A model generated the notes under the pieces. It worked only from the letters and a program-made list of their open reading frames with translations, was not told the DNA's origin and searched no databases. Below, in pieces: positions 17,032 to 32,000 of a stretch of 64,000 nt of DNA. Numbering within the stretch: the stretch's first letter is position 1; each line of letters opens with the position of its first letter. Position numbers and translations under genes: made by a program. The DNA is from Phoronis australis (Eukaryota; Animalia; Phoronida), in NCBI GenBank assembly GCA_002633005.1, contig NMRA01000026.1:280392-344391 (forward strand). Direction: 5' to 3'.

Positions 17032-20000
17032 TCCTAAACCCAAAAGAAAGAGGATACCCAGAGCTACCCCTAAAGACCTGCAGAAGGAACAAAATTTTGA
17101 AGCCCTGTGGAACGAGTTGACCCACTTTAAGAGTGAAAGCAAGAACTTAGCTGTAGAAAAGTATGTATAGTCATCTTCACCCTCATAAATGCTAGGTTGT
17201 AAATAGATAAGTTGCTTGATTTCTCCCATTTTTGCCAGTGTTTGATTTTGTTCATTTTACTTGCCTAAGTAACTTTCTAAAACCACTTTGGGGTAATGAT
17301 GTAGAAACATCGTTTCTAAAATCTGTTGGTGTATTTACACCAACAACCAACCTATTTACATTCCTATTTACATTCAGTGGCAATGTGAATAGGCTAGGGG
17401 TCGGTGTAAATAGACCAGTAGATTTTAGAAACGATGTTACTGTAAGGCTGGACTCAACTTGTACCTTTCTAAGAAATATTTTCTAGCTTTTGAAGAGCTG
17501 GGGAAAATGTTTTTGACTAAATCGAAACAATCATTTGGCCTGCATAGGTCTTCAGACTTTTGGGTTGAAAGTAGGGCTGTTGGAAAAGAGGCTTCTCTGC
17601 TTGTCATGCATACACTGTTAAGGATTTGAGGATGAAAATGGCGTGGAAAATACAGTACAAGACAAATGTGATCAAACAATATACTGTTTTCCTGTCACGA
17701 CAGCTAATTCTGCTATCGGTTATAACTATTACGAGACAAAATGTCTGAGTCACCTTGCTAACTTTCCTGTTAATTCCCCTTTATTGTTGGTCAAGAAAAA
17801 GATAACGCTGACGATGAATTTGGCTTCCACCTAGCTATCGTGACGGGGATTCCAGGGTCGTTCTGTCTGAATACATTTGGCTTGCACGTTATGTAACCTG
17901 CTGTAAACACACTGCATGTTTGTAGGATGAACCTGGAAGAGGAATTGGACAGCTTGCGAGTGCGAGAGAGTCAGGACGCCGCTACAATTCATGAGCTGAA
18001 GTTGTGTTTAGAGCAAGAGAAGGAAGGTAGGGTGTGCGCCGTGGAAACCTGGGCGTCATGGGCTCGTATGGAAATTATTGGGGACCTCGGACATATTTAC
18101 CTTCTGCAAACTCTGTACGTCTGGTTTAATTGCCTTGACATCACTTTGCACTTCCCCGCCGTCTCTAGTTTCAAAGCGCATCACCCGGTCACCCCTTCTG
18201 TTGACTTATGAATTTTCTCTTCATCACTTTTCGGGGGATGCTATGTCTCCATAATGCCCCTGAAACTACAAAGTCATGCTGTTTGACAAAATAAATTGCA
18301 TACTGAAATAAAAGCAAGTATCTGAAGTCTGTTATGGTACTTCGTGTTAAATTTGAAAATTATTTTTTAAGTCGAGTTTTATTAATTCGTTTCTAACTTT
18401 TTACCTCACTCTGTTAAAGAACTGCAATACTTATTGACAAACCTTGAGGAGAAGGACAGAGAGAGGACATCCAAGGAATTTCTTCAACAAGAAAATGACA
18501 AGTTAAACATGAAGGTAGCGTAATTTCATTATTACATTCCATAAACTGCATTCTCTCAGCGCTTACAGGCCATCTTTTTTTCCAGCATAGAACTGCCATT
18601 AATTTTGCTTTGCTTGCCGAGATTTGCCACATTTCATGGTTTTTCGATTTCTTGCCCTGTCTGTTACCTTGGATTCTGTTTTAGGGGTTCATTTTATTGC
18701 AACTATTTTCCATGGCAAATGATGTATTGAAGTACAGTTCATTGCTGTATTGAGAGGTATGTGAAACATAAATTATACTACTTAGTGTTGGCAACCAACT
18801 TAGCTCTGTTTGGGGTATTCCAGATAAAGGACCAACTACACTCCATTCAACAGCTGGAAGACAAAGTGACTCAACTTGAAGGTGACAATGAAAGGCTACA
18901 CGATGACAGGAGGTTACTATTTAGGCTTTTGTCACTGGCTGGTTCCAGCCTTAACACTTGATGTTATGATGACTACCTGTTTGGGCTGGAAATCTCTTTT
19001 TCTAGGGGTGTGGCTTAGTGATGTATGTAAGCTAAAAGTCTCATTTGACGATTGGTCAAGGCAGCTACTAGGTAAAAGTTCAAGTTTATACTCTGGCCAA
19101 TGAGAAGACGTTATTACAAGAGGCATGGATATACTGTTGACTGACATGAGAGGCGTGGCAATAGGCAATCTCAAGCGTGGAGAGTCTCTAAAATTAAGGC
19201 CCACCCCTGAAACTTTGAAATTTTCACTTTAAACATCCATGTCAATTTCAGCAGTACGTTCCTATATTTGGTCAAGAAATGGCCACTTTTAGAAGTGCGT
19301 TCCAATATTTGGTCAAGAAATAGTTTTGTACTGAGGGTGGCGTGGAGATGTTTTTTTGCCTCATGAGCTGTGCAAAAATGGTGAATTCATTGCATGAGCC
19401 AATCAAATGTTTGGGTAAACACCCATCTACGAGATTTCATAAAGTTCATTTAACGCCCACTCCATGGTTATTAAATTTCCCATTATAAGTTCCCTGAACA
19501 TTGACTCAGACAAGTGCAGTGGTTAGTTTATGACCAGTAGAGAATCGGTGTTTTTGTGACTTTGTCAGGTCGTTGAGGTCAGAGGTCAATAATCTTAAGC
19601 AAGTGGAATCTCACAAGAGGATCGAATTGGCGGACTTAAAGGCTGAAGTTACCAGGTGTGTCTTCACAGTGTGGCATCCAACTAGAGAGGTCATTCTTAT
19701 TCTTAAAGCCACACGTACCGTTGGTTACTAGGTCAAGGTCAAAAATGCTGAATTCATGCTACAATAAGGGACCATTCTTAAGTGTCGTCATTTTCTTGTT
19801 GTGTAGGTAATGAACAGTTTTGCGACCCCTAGCCTTCTCTTAAAAGTGTACAAATGTTGTCCTTGGTTGCTTAAACCTGTCAGCCATTATTAAGCTGCCA
19901 GGGTGTTCTAGGTTAAGAACTATGGGGATAATGATATAGCAAAACTGGCGATAATAGCAAATGATCCCAAGTCAAGTTTGAGGTGGATGCTGGATGGACA

Positions 20001-23000
20001 AATAACCGTTCGCATTATGTGTTATTTGTGAATCCATAAACATGCTTAGAGAAAGCAAAATTTTTGTGAAAATAGCTGGATTCGATGTTCACATCCCACT
20101 GCGTGTGGGATGTGTTTGTGGCTGTGACATTGATTTACGTGTGAATATGATATTGTTCTGCAACTCTGCTTCAATCAATCTCACTAAATAATTTCATCCA
20201 GTTAGTGAGTCAATTATGATGGAAATTTTGTGAGAAACAATTGAGTACTTACACTAAATAGACTGCTTGTGGCTTTCCCAATAGATGAGGGAAAATCATC
20301 ATCTCACTGCATAACATTGCCCAAGCTCTGCAGTCTTGCATGTGGAGAACCAGCATGAGGCCTAACAGACCTCAGCCGAAATACCACTGTTCAGTATCAG
20401 GTTATCACCATGACAGCAAAGGAAGTGGGACAAACGTCCACCTTCCTTCGTATCTCGCAAAAGGTCTGTTGAACGTTTTTGAAGGTCAATGGCTGGGGTC
20501 ATGCTCAGAATGATGGTTAGGTGGACTTTCAGTCATGTGATGAAGTTCCCCGTCTTGAGCCACGTTATATTTGGTCATAAATGTCAGAATGAGGGTAGTG
20601 ATCTGCGTCACATGACTCCCTGTCCACTTAACCACATTAGGAGGACGACTGCAGGCACTGATGGTCAGAAATGTTCAATTTATTGTTAGTAATCGATTGT
20701 GTCTCATGAAATTCGCCCGATATCTGACTCCAATAAGTTGTGTGTTTCTACAGTTTTGAGCACTGAATAGCGCAGTGATAGTGCAAATAAGTCATTAATC
20801 TGTGTTGGTCTTTGGGTTATTTGCTATGAGTGTATTTTACTGTATGTTTTTATTTTTATTCGAGACTTTCCAAATAAATACTACCACTTCTGCAACTGTT
20901 TTTAGTCTAGACTTATTCCTCAAGGTCATGGTTTATTTTTGTGTGAGTATAATCATGATTCTCACTTTTCATTGTGAAATTCTTACATTTTGGGACGTCA
21001 TTGTGTAATTGCAGGTTGCAGAAACGGTTACATCGTCAACAGTTAGTGATATCTAGGAATCAGTCGAATAACCACCGACGTGTGAAGTCTGTGTCGCCTA
21101 AGAAAAGTACACCTTTGGTGAAAAAGGTATTGTCTCACACCTGTGAGAAACCGTTTGCCAGTGTTGACTGGACTTTTTTAGATTGTTTATGCGATTTCAA
21201 TGGAAGTTGAAGACACACAATCCTCTGGAAGAAAGATTGTTGCAAGTACGCAAAACTTAAAGATGAGGATGTTTTGTTTGTTACATCTCGTCTTGTCTTT
21301 CTAGTACTTGTAAGTTTATTAACTAACTGCGCATTACTTAACAGCGTAACGTTTAATCTATGACGTCATTGTTTACAGAGCCTTTCCACGCCGGTTTCCT
21401 GTGTGGAACAACCAAGGGTGAAATTTTGCTTTGAATTGTGTTCTTTTATTTAAGTTTTATTAATGATTTACAATTTTTTCTACTTGGATGTCTGTCCACA
21501 TTCTGTTTCTAAAATATGTGTCTTGCTTAAATTTTAACTTTAATAAGAAACGGACATCTTAAATTTCATGTTACTGCTGTTTGCTACCTTCGTACGACTC
21601 CACATGATAAACGTTGTCAAAATTTTATAATTCTCATCAATGACACCAGTGGCAGATTTAGAGGGGGGCCAAGGGGGCCATGGCCCTCCCTAAAATTCTC
21701 CAAGATTGCGTTGGGCAGTTCGGGACTGCCAATGTCTGACAGGCAAAATTCTGGCTAATACTCCGCCCTGGCCCCCCCTAACTCAAAATCCTGGATCCGC
21801 CCATGGACGCACCTTTTTCTTCCAAGTAATTAGATAAATCATTACCTTGGAAATTGGTTGACGTCTTCATCAGTTATGTCTTCCAATAGGTGGCACTGCA
21901 GACTGTAGTGCATTTTACAGAGTACGTATGTGGTGAATGTCCTCATTTTTACTTGACACAGCTTTGCCGTCTGCTTAATTTTGTTGTATTTATGTAATGA
22001 GAACTGTTTGTGATTAAGCAGACGACAACGTCTACGAGCATACTGAGATGAGAGTCATTACTTAAAGTAAGATGGTGTTTCAGTTGTCTAAAGAACCTAG
22101 CAAGGCAGACGTTGGTCGTCTTTCTACGGTAATTCTTTGTACAGTGCAGATGGAAAACTGAAAAACTAAACCTTAGTGTTATGTAGGGCCGTATCACCAA
22201 GCCTGTGCATTCAGCCAAATATATGCAATACTTTAACTCTGTCAGTAAAAGTACTGACAGTAGAAAGTCCATGAACTTTGGTTTTGCCTTGATATCAATC
22301 TGTCATTGATTAGGTCACGTGACCATGTCTTCTTTAGCAAAAAGGAAAGGACAAATTCATAGCAGACGGCATCCCTAATTTTATCAAATTTCATTCATTA
22401 AATATTCAAGATGAAATTTCAAAAACACTGACAGTTTTCCAAATTGGTATTTTGGTTTCGTTAGTTTTATGCAAATTTCATGCTTTCAAACAAGATTCGT
22501 AAAAGTCCAAGTACCTGTATTTGGTAGCTCCTCTTCCTAAGTAGATCATTTTGTAACAGAAGTTCTAACAGCGTTTCTAAAGTAAAGCACAGTATGTCAA
22601 AGTCACATTTGAATCCAATCAGTCATCTCTAAGACACGTTTTTGCCAAATTTGGACATTTTTCTCGGGTTGTACTTAAGCTTCGTATCCTCAAGATCTAT
22701 AGAGAATTTTTTGAACGATGCAACGTGACGATTGCGATTGTCGTAATTGTGTGAATATGGTGTTGCAGTACAAGCGAAAGCTGAACCGGTCAATAGAACA
22801 GATGAGTGCCATATTTGACGAGTTTGACAACAAAGACTGGGAGGAGCTTAGTGCCAGTACCTCAGACAGGTAACAAGAGATTGTTAAAGCCACAAAACGT
22901 GTGCTCTTAGAACCACAGAATAAAATTTACTTTTTCTGCAATATCTGATGTTACAAACTGAGTTTCGAACTAGATCATCTAAATTTGTCTGAGCTTGTTT

Positions 23001-26000
23001 GATATCAGAGTTGGGAAGTAATTTTCAGGCAGGAGCAAGTCCTCAATTGTGCACTGACTTGTGGGAAGTGTTGCTGAGATATCCTAATAACACACATAGT
23101 GCACCAAATGGTACTTTATTGTATGTTTACCCTTTAGCCTATGGAGTAACATACTGCGGGCTTGGGAAGACATCAGTGGAGACTAAAACCATACTAGACC
23201 GTGGTTTTTAAAGTTCCGTGCAATGCCATTCCGTTCCTTAATACGTGTGATAAAACCATGAATTGAATCATAGTGGAGCTCTTTGATTGTTACATTGGGA
23301 AAATCCATCATCGCAAACTTTATGTAAGTTTGGCTTGACCTAATCAGTGTTGAGTGAGACTTCAATAGTTTTTCAGAGAACGTGTAAAAACATTGCTACC
23401 TAATTCTAAGTACTATGTATATCTGGTAAAAATCCAACATCGTTGCTAGGGATTCTGGCGACAGCGATATTGACAGTACTAACAGCTTGGGAGAGCGTAT
23501 TGTCAAGACTGCTGTCTATAGGCAACCTGTGACCAGCTCACCCAAGAAGGTGGAGCCCCCTATTGGAGACTCTAGTCCAATCAGTGATATTGACAGTGGG
23601 TCTGACTACAAAAAAGGTATTTGTTTTAATGAAATATTTAAGTCATGCACAGCATTGCTGTCACCTGCAAAGACTGTTTTTGAATCGAAAATGAAATATT
23701 TTTGTTTATTTTAGGATTTCATGATGGACCAAGCGGTGTTCAGTAATTGTTTTGGGGGTTAAATTTATTAGGTTAACAAAGGAGGTACTTATCTAAGCCT
23801 TTTTACTGCTGCTCGATTTCTTATGTTACAGTATTACGATTGAAGCCATTTTTCTGTGTCCTGCAAACTTTCCATGTTCACTCATTTTCTCAGGGCTTAG
23901 CATTTTTCTCTGTCGCTCAAAATAATGTGCGTACTTTCATACTTGGCCAAACTTGACTAAATGTTTTGCCAGAATTATTTGCCTGAGTTTAGTTAAACTT
24001 TTGTAGCAAAAATATTATTTATTCAAACTTTTATCAGAGTTTAATGTCATTTTACAGTACCTAGTCACGTGTGTACTTGCGCATCAGGGAAAAAGCATCG
24101 TCTTTTCATATTTTGTTGAGATTTAGTTATGATTAAATTGGATTCTAGTGGCAAATAAGTGAATACTTAGTCGCAGTTTCAGGCACTGAAAATTTTTCAA
24201 ATTTTGGCATTGTCCAGTTTTATATAATAGATTGTTCATTGTCTTTTGATGTCATGTTAAAAATATGTAAAATTAACTCACTTGGGCCCTGTCTCCCAGC
24301 GAGTGAGTTTACATATTTTTGGACATTTTCCAGCCTATTTTGATCATTTACACTCCTTAGAATTGGTACTTGGGCAAGATCGAGCCCCATTATCTGAGAC
24401 ATGTTAACTTGAAAGTTTTGACTTTCAGGTATGTAGTCCTGTGTTGTATTTTTTGTAAAATGTTGACGAATTTTTAACTTTATTGAATTCATGACGATAA
24501 AGTAAGATGGAACCAATTGAGAACATTGTTGTGATAAATTAGTTTAAAATTACCTAATTTTTTTCTCCTGAAACTCTGCTGATTTTTAGTGTGAGATGAG
24601 AATTCGTAATTTTTTTTAAAAAATTTGTATGTACATACATGACAGTTGCAGGCAAACGTGATATTGCCACGTCCCCCATAAGGGTCAACCCAGGTCGCGT
24701 GCAAAAGAAGAGGACAGTGTACACGGCCAATCATAGCTCAGGTCAGTTGGGTCCGCTCAAACAGAGGCTGGGGTCACTGCAGGCTCAGGTGACTGCCCTT
24801 CGCACTGACCGGTCAAACTTGTCCAAGAACACTGCTGAACTTCAGCAGCAGAACGACCAGTTACAGACGGAGCTGGCAGCAACCAATCAGAGGGCAAAAA
24901 TGAACAAACAGACGATTCAGGTAGATGGCGCTATTGAAAGGTCTCAATATTGTAGAAATTGTTTTTTGGATTTAGCTCGCAAATTTAGTGTGGACAGATA
25001 CATTTGATGAGCTGACCCTTTGAAGGAGTGTGTGAAATACCTGTACTGTATGTGTGTATGTGTGTGTTAGTGCGCCACCTGTAGGTCTGGCAGCTTTGAA
25101 CAGATGGTGGTTTTTCCAATTTTCTGGTGTACATATGTGTATGTACTCTGAAAGCAGGTCGTGGAAATTTGACAACTTGCTTGTCTCTTCTAATACTCCA
25201 CGAGATTATTTTTGCACACACAAAATAATAATGCACTCCTGTCCTGTTTGTGTACTGTTTGTCTATTTTCATTAATTGAATATTCTTGGTAGAAATTGAC
25301 CTCTGACCTCGAGAGACTCCAGTGTGAGAAGGACGACCTTGAGAGACAGTTAGCCATGAAGGTGCACGTTCCAGAGAGGGAGCATGATATTCGGAATACT
25401 CAGGATTGGCAAAGAATGGAGCAAAGGTTAAAGGTCAGAGGCGGGGATATTCTGAATTATCGTTATTGTTTGATAATTGGTTTCTTCAAATTCTCAGCAG
25501 ATTCTGAATATATGGTAAAAAATCCAATTAGGGGCAATCTCTCGAATTTGGGACACTGAAATTCTCACAAAAATTGAATATTCTTTGATTTTGGAATTTG
25601 GGACAAGAGCAGTTTTAGCTTCACCATATTTCTCATATTTCGGACCATGGGTTTTCAATTTACGGAGTGGGTAATTTTGCTTCTTTCAGTGATTCTTGAA
25701 TTTGGGACGGCTAGTATTGTTTACTTGTAAAATTTGGGACAAGCTCCGACCTTGAGATTTTTCAGTCTCAAATTGCAGAGTTTTTGTCGTACATTACAAT
25801 AAAGTGGAATAAGTACACGTTAAAACATTGTCAATGTTTGTAAGCCAACAAGTCACGTCTAATTTGACTGACGATATGTTAGCAGTAAATGGTCGGAATC
25901 AAAAGTTAGTATTTCTGACAAAGGTGGGTGTTTAGCAGCCACTTTAAATGTTTTACATGCACGTGTCAAAGGTAAACTTACGGTTGATTTAAATTCCAAA

Positions 26001-29000
26001 AGGTAAGTGAAGGAAATATATCGTTTGCAAGTTATGAGGATCAAACTAGATTTTGCTCGAAATTTCAACAAAGCAAAATAACGTGCATTTCACCTATGGC
26101 TTGTAGATGATGACAGCACTTGTGTGTGTGCTCATGGTCACATGTTCAAATCTGGGTTAAAACTTGGCCAAATACGATGGAAATTAAAACTACTGACTCT
26201 GGAGTGATTGGCTGATTTTTCCTGATAATGAAATCGGGTCACGGTTAATTTCAAATTTTTGGTGGAGAAGGAGATTTTCTTTTAACAAGCGCAATGGTCT
26301 TATGTTTTAGTGTTTAAGGGTTTGTAGGATTTTTGAAAAAAAAATGAATTTGTCTAAATTCAGAACATCATATCTCAGAAATGGCCGATTGAATTCTGAA
26401 ACTTTCAGATACTCTGTTCTATCTACTATTTTTTAAAACGCTTGTAGGAATTGTTTTTATAATTTTCAACTTTTGCATGAAGGGCTATCCAAAGATAGGA
26501 ATTTTATTATGATTTTTATCAAGAAGTTTCATGAAACGCGATGATAATTTAGAAAACTATATCAGCGTTTTTGAAATTTCATCATGAATATTCATTACAT
26601 CAAATGAAATTTGGTCATGTTATTGTTGCCATTGTTTTGTTACGACTACACTTTTTACTAAAATTCACTGAAAAAACGTGGTAACGTGACCTATTAATAG
26701 GTAGTTTGATATAAAGTCAAAACTCGAATATTACATGCTTTGTACATTTAGAAAATATGTAGTAATTTTTACTAAGAAAAAAAAAGTTTAATTCTATGGT
26801 TTGGAGATGTTTAGCTAAATGCATGTGACTTGTTAGTGTTATTCTGCATCATGCTAATTAATGCTAACTTTATGTTAATGCAGGCATCACAGGCCGAAGT
26901 GTCCAGGCAGTCGGGTGTCAACCGTAATCTACGAGAGGAGAACATGGCGTTCGAGGAACAAATCTCTTCCATGAGGGAAAAGTAAAATTTTATGTCTTTG
27001 GTTGTGTTGTTATAAATAAGTGTGTATTATGTAACCTGGGGCTTTCTGCTAATTGACCTATCGCAAGTTCCGCCCCTATGCGAAAAGTCACGTGATACCC
27101 GACATTCGAACGAGATGTCAGAGGCAAATACACTGTCGCTAAACGACGTTCCTGGTGGAATCGATGAGTGTTTTTGCACTATTTGAAAACGCTTCGACAG
27201 AGACAAGAGGCGATGCTTTTCAACAGAGAATCGTACGTTCATGATATGGGAATTTGTAAAGGTGACGATGCGAAAATGGCTCGAAATGCAATTGTATGTA
27301 CACAGGCGGCCCGAAAGTTGCAGGGGCCTGGGATGCAGACCTTTTGACCTTCTGTTCAGAAAATCTATCGGTGGACTAAAAAAAACCAGGAACACGATTC
27401 CGCCGCGATCTGGGGTCTGAGCCCCCCTCATCCGCTACCGGTCCTAGATACTGAACTCAATATTTCCTCACGCTTCACGCTCTTGCTGTTTCATTTTGCT
27501 TGCGGGGGTGGGGGCAGGGGTCCCAGCCCCCACCCCTTAAATCCGCCTATGGAATTGTCCGTTTGCACCATTAAGACATTTAAATTAGGCCTACCTTCTT
27601 ACGAACTTGGCATTTTTTTGTAGTTTCATTCCATAAAGGTAGCTTTCATTTAATTTTGAAGGTAGCATAATTACTAAGTCGTGGTATGGTTACAACTTGA
27701 AAGATTACAAGCCTGGTGTGGTAGCTGCAAAAATAGGGTATTTACAAAAATAACTCAAATTCTTTTTTAAAGCTTCATAAATCTAAATATCATGTCTGAA
27801 CAATTTCAAAATGAGCTCTGTCTAACTCTACAGACATAATGTATACTAGAGGTACACGTCAAAAAGTAATTCAACAGTTTATGTTTAGTGACAACAGCTC
27901 GACCAAGGCTTTGACTTACCGGCAGTAATCCAGTGCCCCTCCCTGCATTCATGTGCAGATCGAATCTCTGAATTTTGACCGGGAGAGAAGTTCAGCTGAA
28001 CGCCAGCCTACGGGTTTATGAATAACAAAAACTTACCTCTGTTAGGTTGAAATAAATAAAAAAAAATAAAATAAAAATGTCCTTGAAAACAACAATTTCC
28101 GGGGACTATACCGCTAGAGTGCTGAGATCCAGCAGGTGTCGAGACAAAGGCGGCCAGACGTAGAAAACTCGGGAATCACAATCTGAGATAGCCCTTCACC
28201 ATAAAGCCACCAAGCTGAAAAGTGCGTATCTTGGAACTAATATATTTGTGTTTATTATAGCCTTCGAGTTATCAAGCAACATCGCTAAGTTCAGCTGCTC
28301 GTGCGGCCGTAGGACCTACAGTTTCATCCATAGTTTACGCTTTTCAACATCAGTTTTCGGCTTAGGACATGCCAAAAAATGACGGGATATTATTCTGGAG
28401 CAGCATAACGGCTGTCGGTGCTACACACGCCATATCAACACCGTTTCCCCATTCTTAGCGGACAATTTCTTGAGCTATAGACTAAAGTAGGGTTTACTCA
28501 ACTACGTGTGGTTTGTCGGGTATAATGGCGGCTTGGAAACGCAGACGAAGGTGTGCCAAGAATGCTTTGTTCTGATTGGTCAATTAAGCCGTCCGTCATA
28601 ATCTTGGCGATCGGTCAATTGTGCAGATACTTTAGTCCACTGGGCCATCAGGACCACCAATGGATTGGATTTCTATAATCGACCAGTGGTCCCAATGCCT
28701 CTGTGGACTAGAGTGTCTGCATGGTTAGCAGAAAGACCCAGGTTCAAGGCCCAGTCGAGACAGATCTTCTGACTTAACTATAGGTCACGTGATGTGGCCA
28801 ACATATGGTGTGTATGGGGACTAATAATTCTTACTAAGTGAAAGACGTTTTATTTATTATCCTGTTTGTTTTACTGGTTTCTCATTTTCAGTGTCTTACT
28901 GGTATACTTTAGGAAAGAATCACGACTTTTAGTTTTTGGTGTATGTTATGTAATATTAATCTTACTCCTTGGTTTTGTGCTCTCTCATGTTATGGTTGAT

Positions 29001-32000
29001 GAAATGCTTTCAGTCAATGTTATTTTGTTATTATTCAAAGGTGCTACAAACTGACCTTCTGTAAAAAAGTTTAACATTTGATTTAGACTGCTTGTGAAAC
29101 TAGTCTCATTTTGTTCGTTACTCACATAAGAACGGTTTTAGAGTTTGGAAAGATCCGACGGTTTGTTATTGCTCGAAGCAATGCTCGTTGCATAAAATGA
29201 CCAGCCTAATCAAGCCAAGTTCTGTAATCATGGTAACTGTCCTAAATAAAGTTATTTTTATGGTTGGTTGGTTGTTTTGTAGCTCCTTTAACAACATATT
29301 TGCATGGCCAGAAACCTTTGAATTGCTCTACAGTTCTACCTCTTGTAGTCTTGATGTACACTAACTTTGTTGTCACCACAATAATTGTATTAATTATATC
29401 TTGCAGAATAAATCGCTTGGAGAGAGACATATCTCAGAAGAGAATTCTTCTGGATGACTTTCGGCTCAAACTGAAACTGTCTCACGAGAGTGCCCGGTCA
29501 GAAATTATAAACATGGTAAGAATTTAATCTCTTGCTGTGAATTCAGCACGAGCAGGAAAACAAATATTTTCAGACTTGATCTTTAAGGTTTTAGTTGTGA
29601 CCGCCAGGTGGCGTGCGGAGCAGATTATGGAATGTTTTCCAATAGAATTGACTGCTGATTTATTCACCCATTTGCCATCAAATAACGGGATTAATATCAA
29701 AGATTTAGCTATTGATTAAATGTGTTAAAAGTGATAACATCTTCAAACATCTCAATAGACCCTAGCTGTCGAGTAGCAAGTTCACCTGCTTGGGATGATC
29801 GAAATTACCAAGCATATCAAAAGTCTCAAATTCACTAATGCTTTTAAAAATGGTTCCATTAAGATCCCAGACAGAATTTTTGTGTTTACTGCTTGCCCTC
29901 ACAGCTCGAGTGGGTAACAGTCTATTCAAACCAGCTTTTTGTCCCTGAAGTGCCCAAGATTCTGCACGGCCATTTTGTGTTTTGATTTTAGGCTGGTATT
30001 TAATTGACATTATAAATTGGTGGTTGTTCCTGATATTATAGTAGGATTCACCCATTTGCCACCAAATAACGGGTTTAATATCTAAGATTTAGCTAAATAA
30101 ATTAAATGTGTTAAAAGTGATAACATCTTCGAACATCTCAATAGACCCTAGCTGTCGAGTAGCAAGCTCACCTGCTTGGGATGATCGAAATTACCAAGCA
30201 TATCAAAAGTCTCAAATTCAATAATACTTTTAAAAATGGTTCCATTAATATCCCAGACAGAATTTTTGTGTTTACTGCTTGCCCTCACAGCTCGAGTGGG
30301 TAACAGTCTATTCAAACCAGCTTTTTGTCCCTGAAGTCCCCAAGATTCTGCACGGCCATTTTGTGTTTTGATTTTAGGCTGGTATTTAATTGACATTATA
30401 AATTGGTGGTTGTTCCTGGTATTATAGTAGGATTCACCCATTTGCCACCAAATAACGGGATTAATATCTAAGATTTAGCTAAATAAATTAAATGTGTTAA
30501 AAGTGATAACATCTTCAAACATCTCAATAGACCCTAGCTGTCGAGTAGCAAGATCACCTGCTTGGGATGATCGAAATTACCAAGCATATCAAAAGTCTCA
30601 AATTCACTAATACTTTTAAAAATGGTTCCATTAATATCCCAGACAGAATTTTTGTGTTTACTGCTTGCCCTCACAGCTCGAGTGGGTAACAGTCTATTCA
30701 AACCAGCTTTTTGTCCCTGAAGTGCCCAAGATTCTGCACGGCCATTTTGTGTTTTGATTTTCAGGCTGGTATTTAATTGACATTATAAATTGGTGGTTCT
30801 TCCTGATATTACGCAATGACATCGTGGAGCGTCTGGAATTTTCTAGATGCTTCAACCACCAGTTTTGTCACCAAAAACTTGCTTGTTGTCAGTTGGCAAC
30901 CTTGACCTTGACCTTGACCTTATTACCACTGTATGTGCCTTTGAAAGATGTAAGTAAAGAGTGTAATTAATTTGTTTTACAGGGCGACTTGGAAGGTAAA
31001 GTGCGCTCACTCACAGAAGTTAGTGACAGGCTGAAAACACAGGTAGGTGATGGAAGGTACTTGTTAAAACCAAAGTCATTGTTTGTTGTCCCTTTGTTTT
31101 CAGTTGTCAGTGCTCGTAACAAAATGTTGACGTGTTCCCTTCAGACTGTTTTTACTACTGTCAAACATCTTTGTAATCCAAAATTTAGGACACCGTATGC
31201 TGAATATTCTTTGATTGATAAAGGTGTTCATTATGTTTCAAAATTATGGCCGTGTCCCCAAATTTTGTTGGAAAGTAGTTTTCGTTATTTGTCAATAATT
31301 CCCATGGTTTTATTGTGTTTGTGCTTTACTGTGAAATATTTCTGCTTATGTTTTACATACTCGCTTATGGAACACAATACGCCAGTCGTGTGAAATTCTT
31401 TTTCCAAATTTTGCAACAGAGATAAGTATGATAAATAGAAAGACATTTTAACTCATTCGTAGGTTTGATAGTACAGCTGTCATAGACCCACATGTGGTGA
31501 AAGTGGGAACAGATTTAGCAGTGAAAGGGGCATTTGTTTTTGAAAACGGCAAAATGACAATTTCAGCTGTCGTATTTGTTAGAATTTGATAAAATTGCAG
31601 CAGTAGCTTGAGCACTCATCTTTGTATAATGACCTTAGTTGACCTTGGTCATGGACAGGGGGAAAAGTTGGTTGTCTCTGCCTGTTTGTGTCTTACCAGT
31701 TGTATTGATACAAGCTGCCAACCATACTGTAGTACATTTGTCTTCCACAGAACAAGTCTTTAGAAACTCGTCTTCAGGTTGTTAGTAAAGAGAAGAAGGA
31801 ATATGAAGAATCTTATTACAAAGTGTCTTCAGATCTGGAGAAAAAGGTAAGAACGCCCTAAATAGTGCCAATGATGAAAATGAAAAGCTGATCACATGCA
31901 TAAGGGCGTTTATGGGATAAGGGCTCCAATGGCAGGTTGCGACTCGTTTCTTTAAATTTTCAGATGATTTTTAAAAATAGTGATTGTCCTTTCTTATGCT

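Noticed and set aside
19072-19122. Extra CNTLN cassette exon (VKVQVYTLANEKTLLQE) with a GC donor
   Set aside because: Weak acceptor, and its phase is incompatible with the flanking phase-2 junction that already joins 18912 to 19569 cleanly.
27027-27431. 134-aa minus-strand ORF
   Set aside because: Overlaps a MITE-like repeat in a CNTLN intron; no recognisable homology.
29762-30441. Twin 97-aa ORFs as paralogous genes, or the 386-bp unit as a hammerhead retrozyme
   Set aside because: The ORFs arise from the tandem repeat and the third copy is frameshifted; no CTGANGA..GAAA core was found on either strand.
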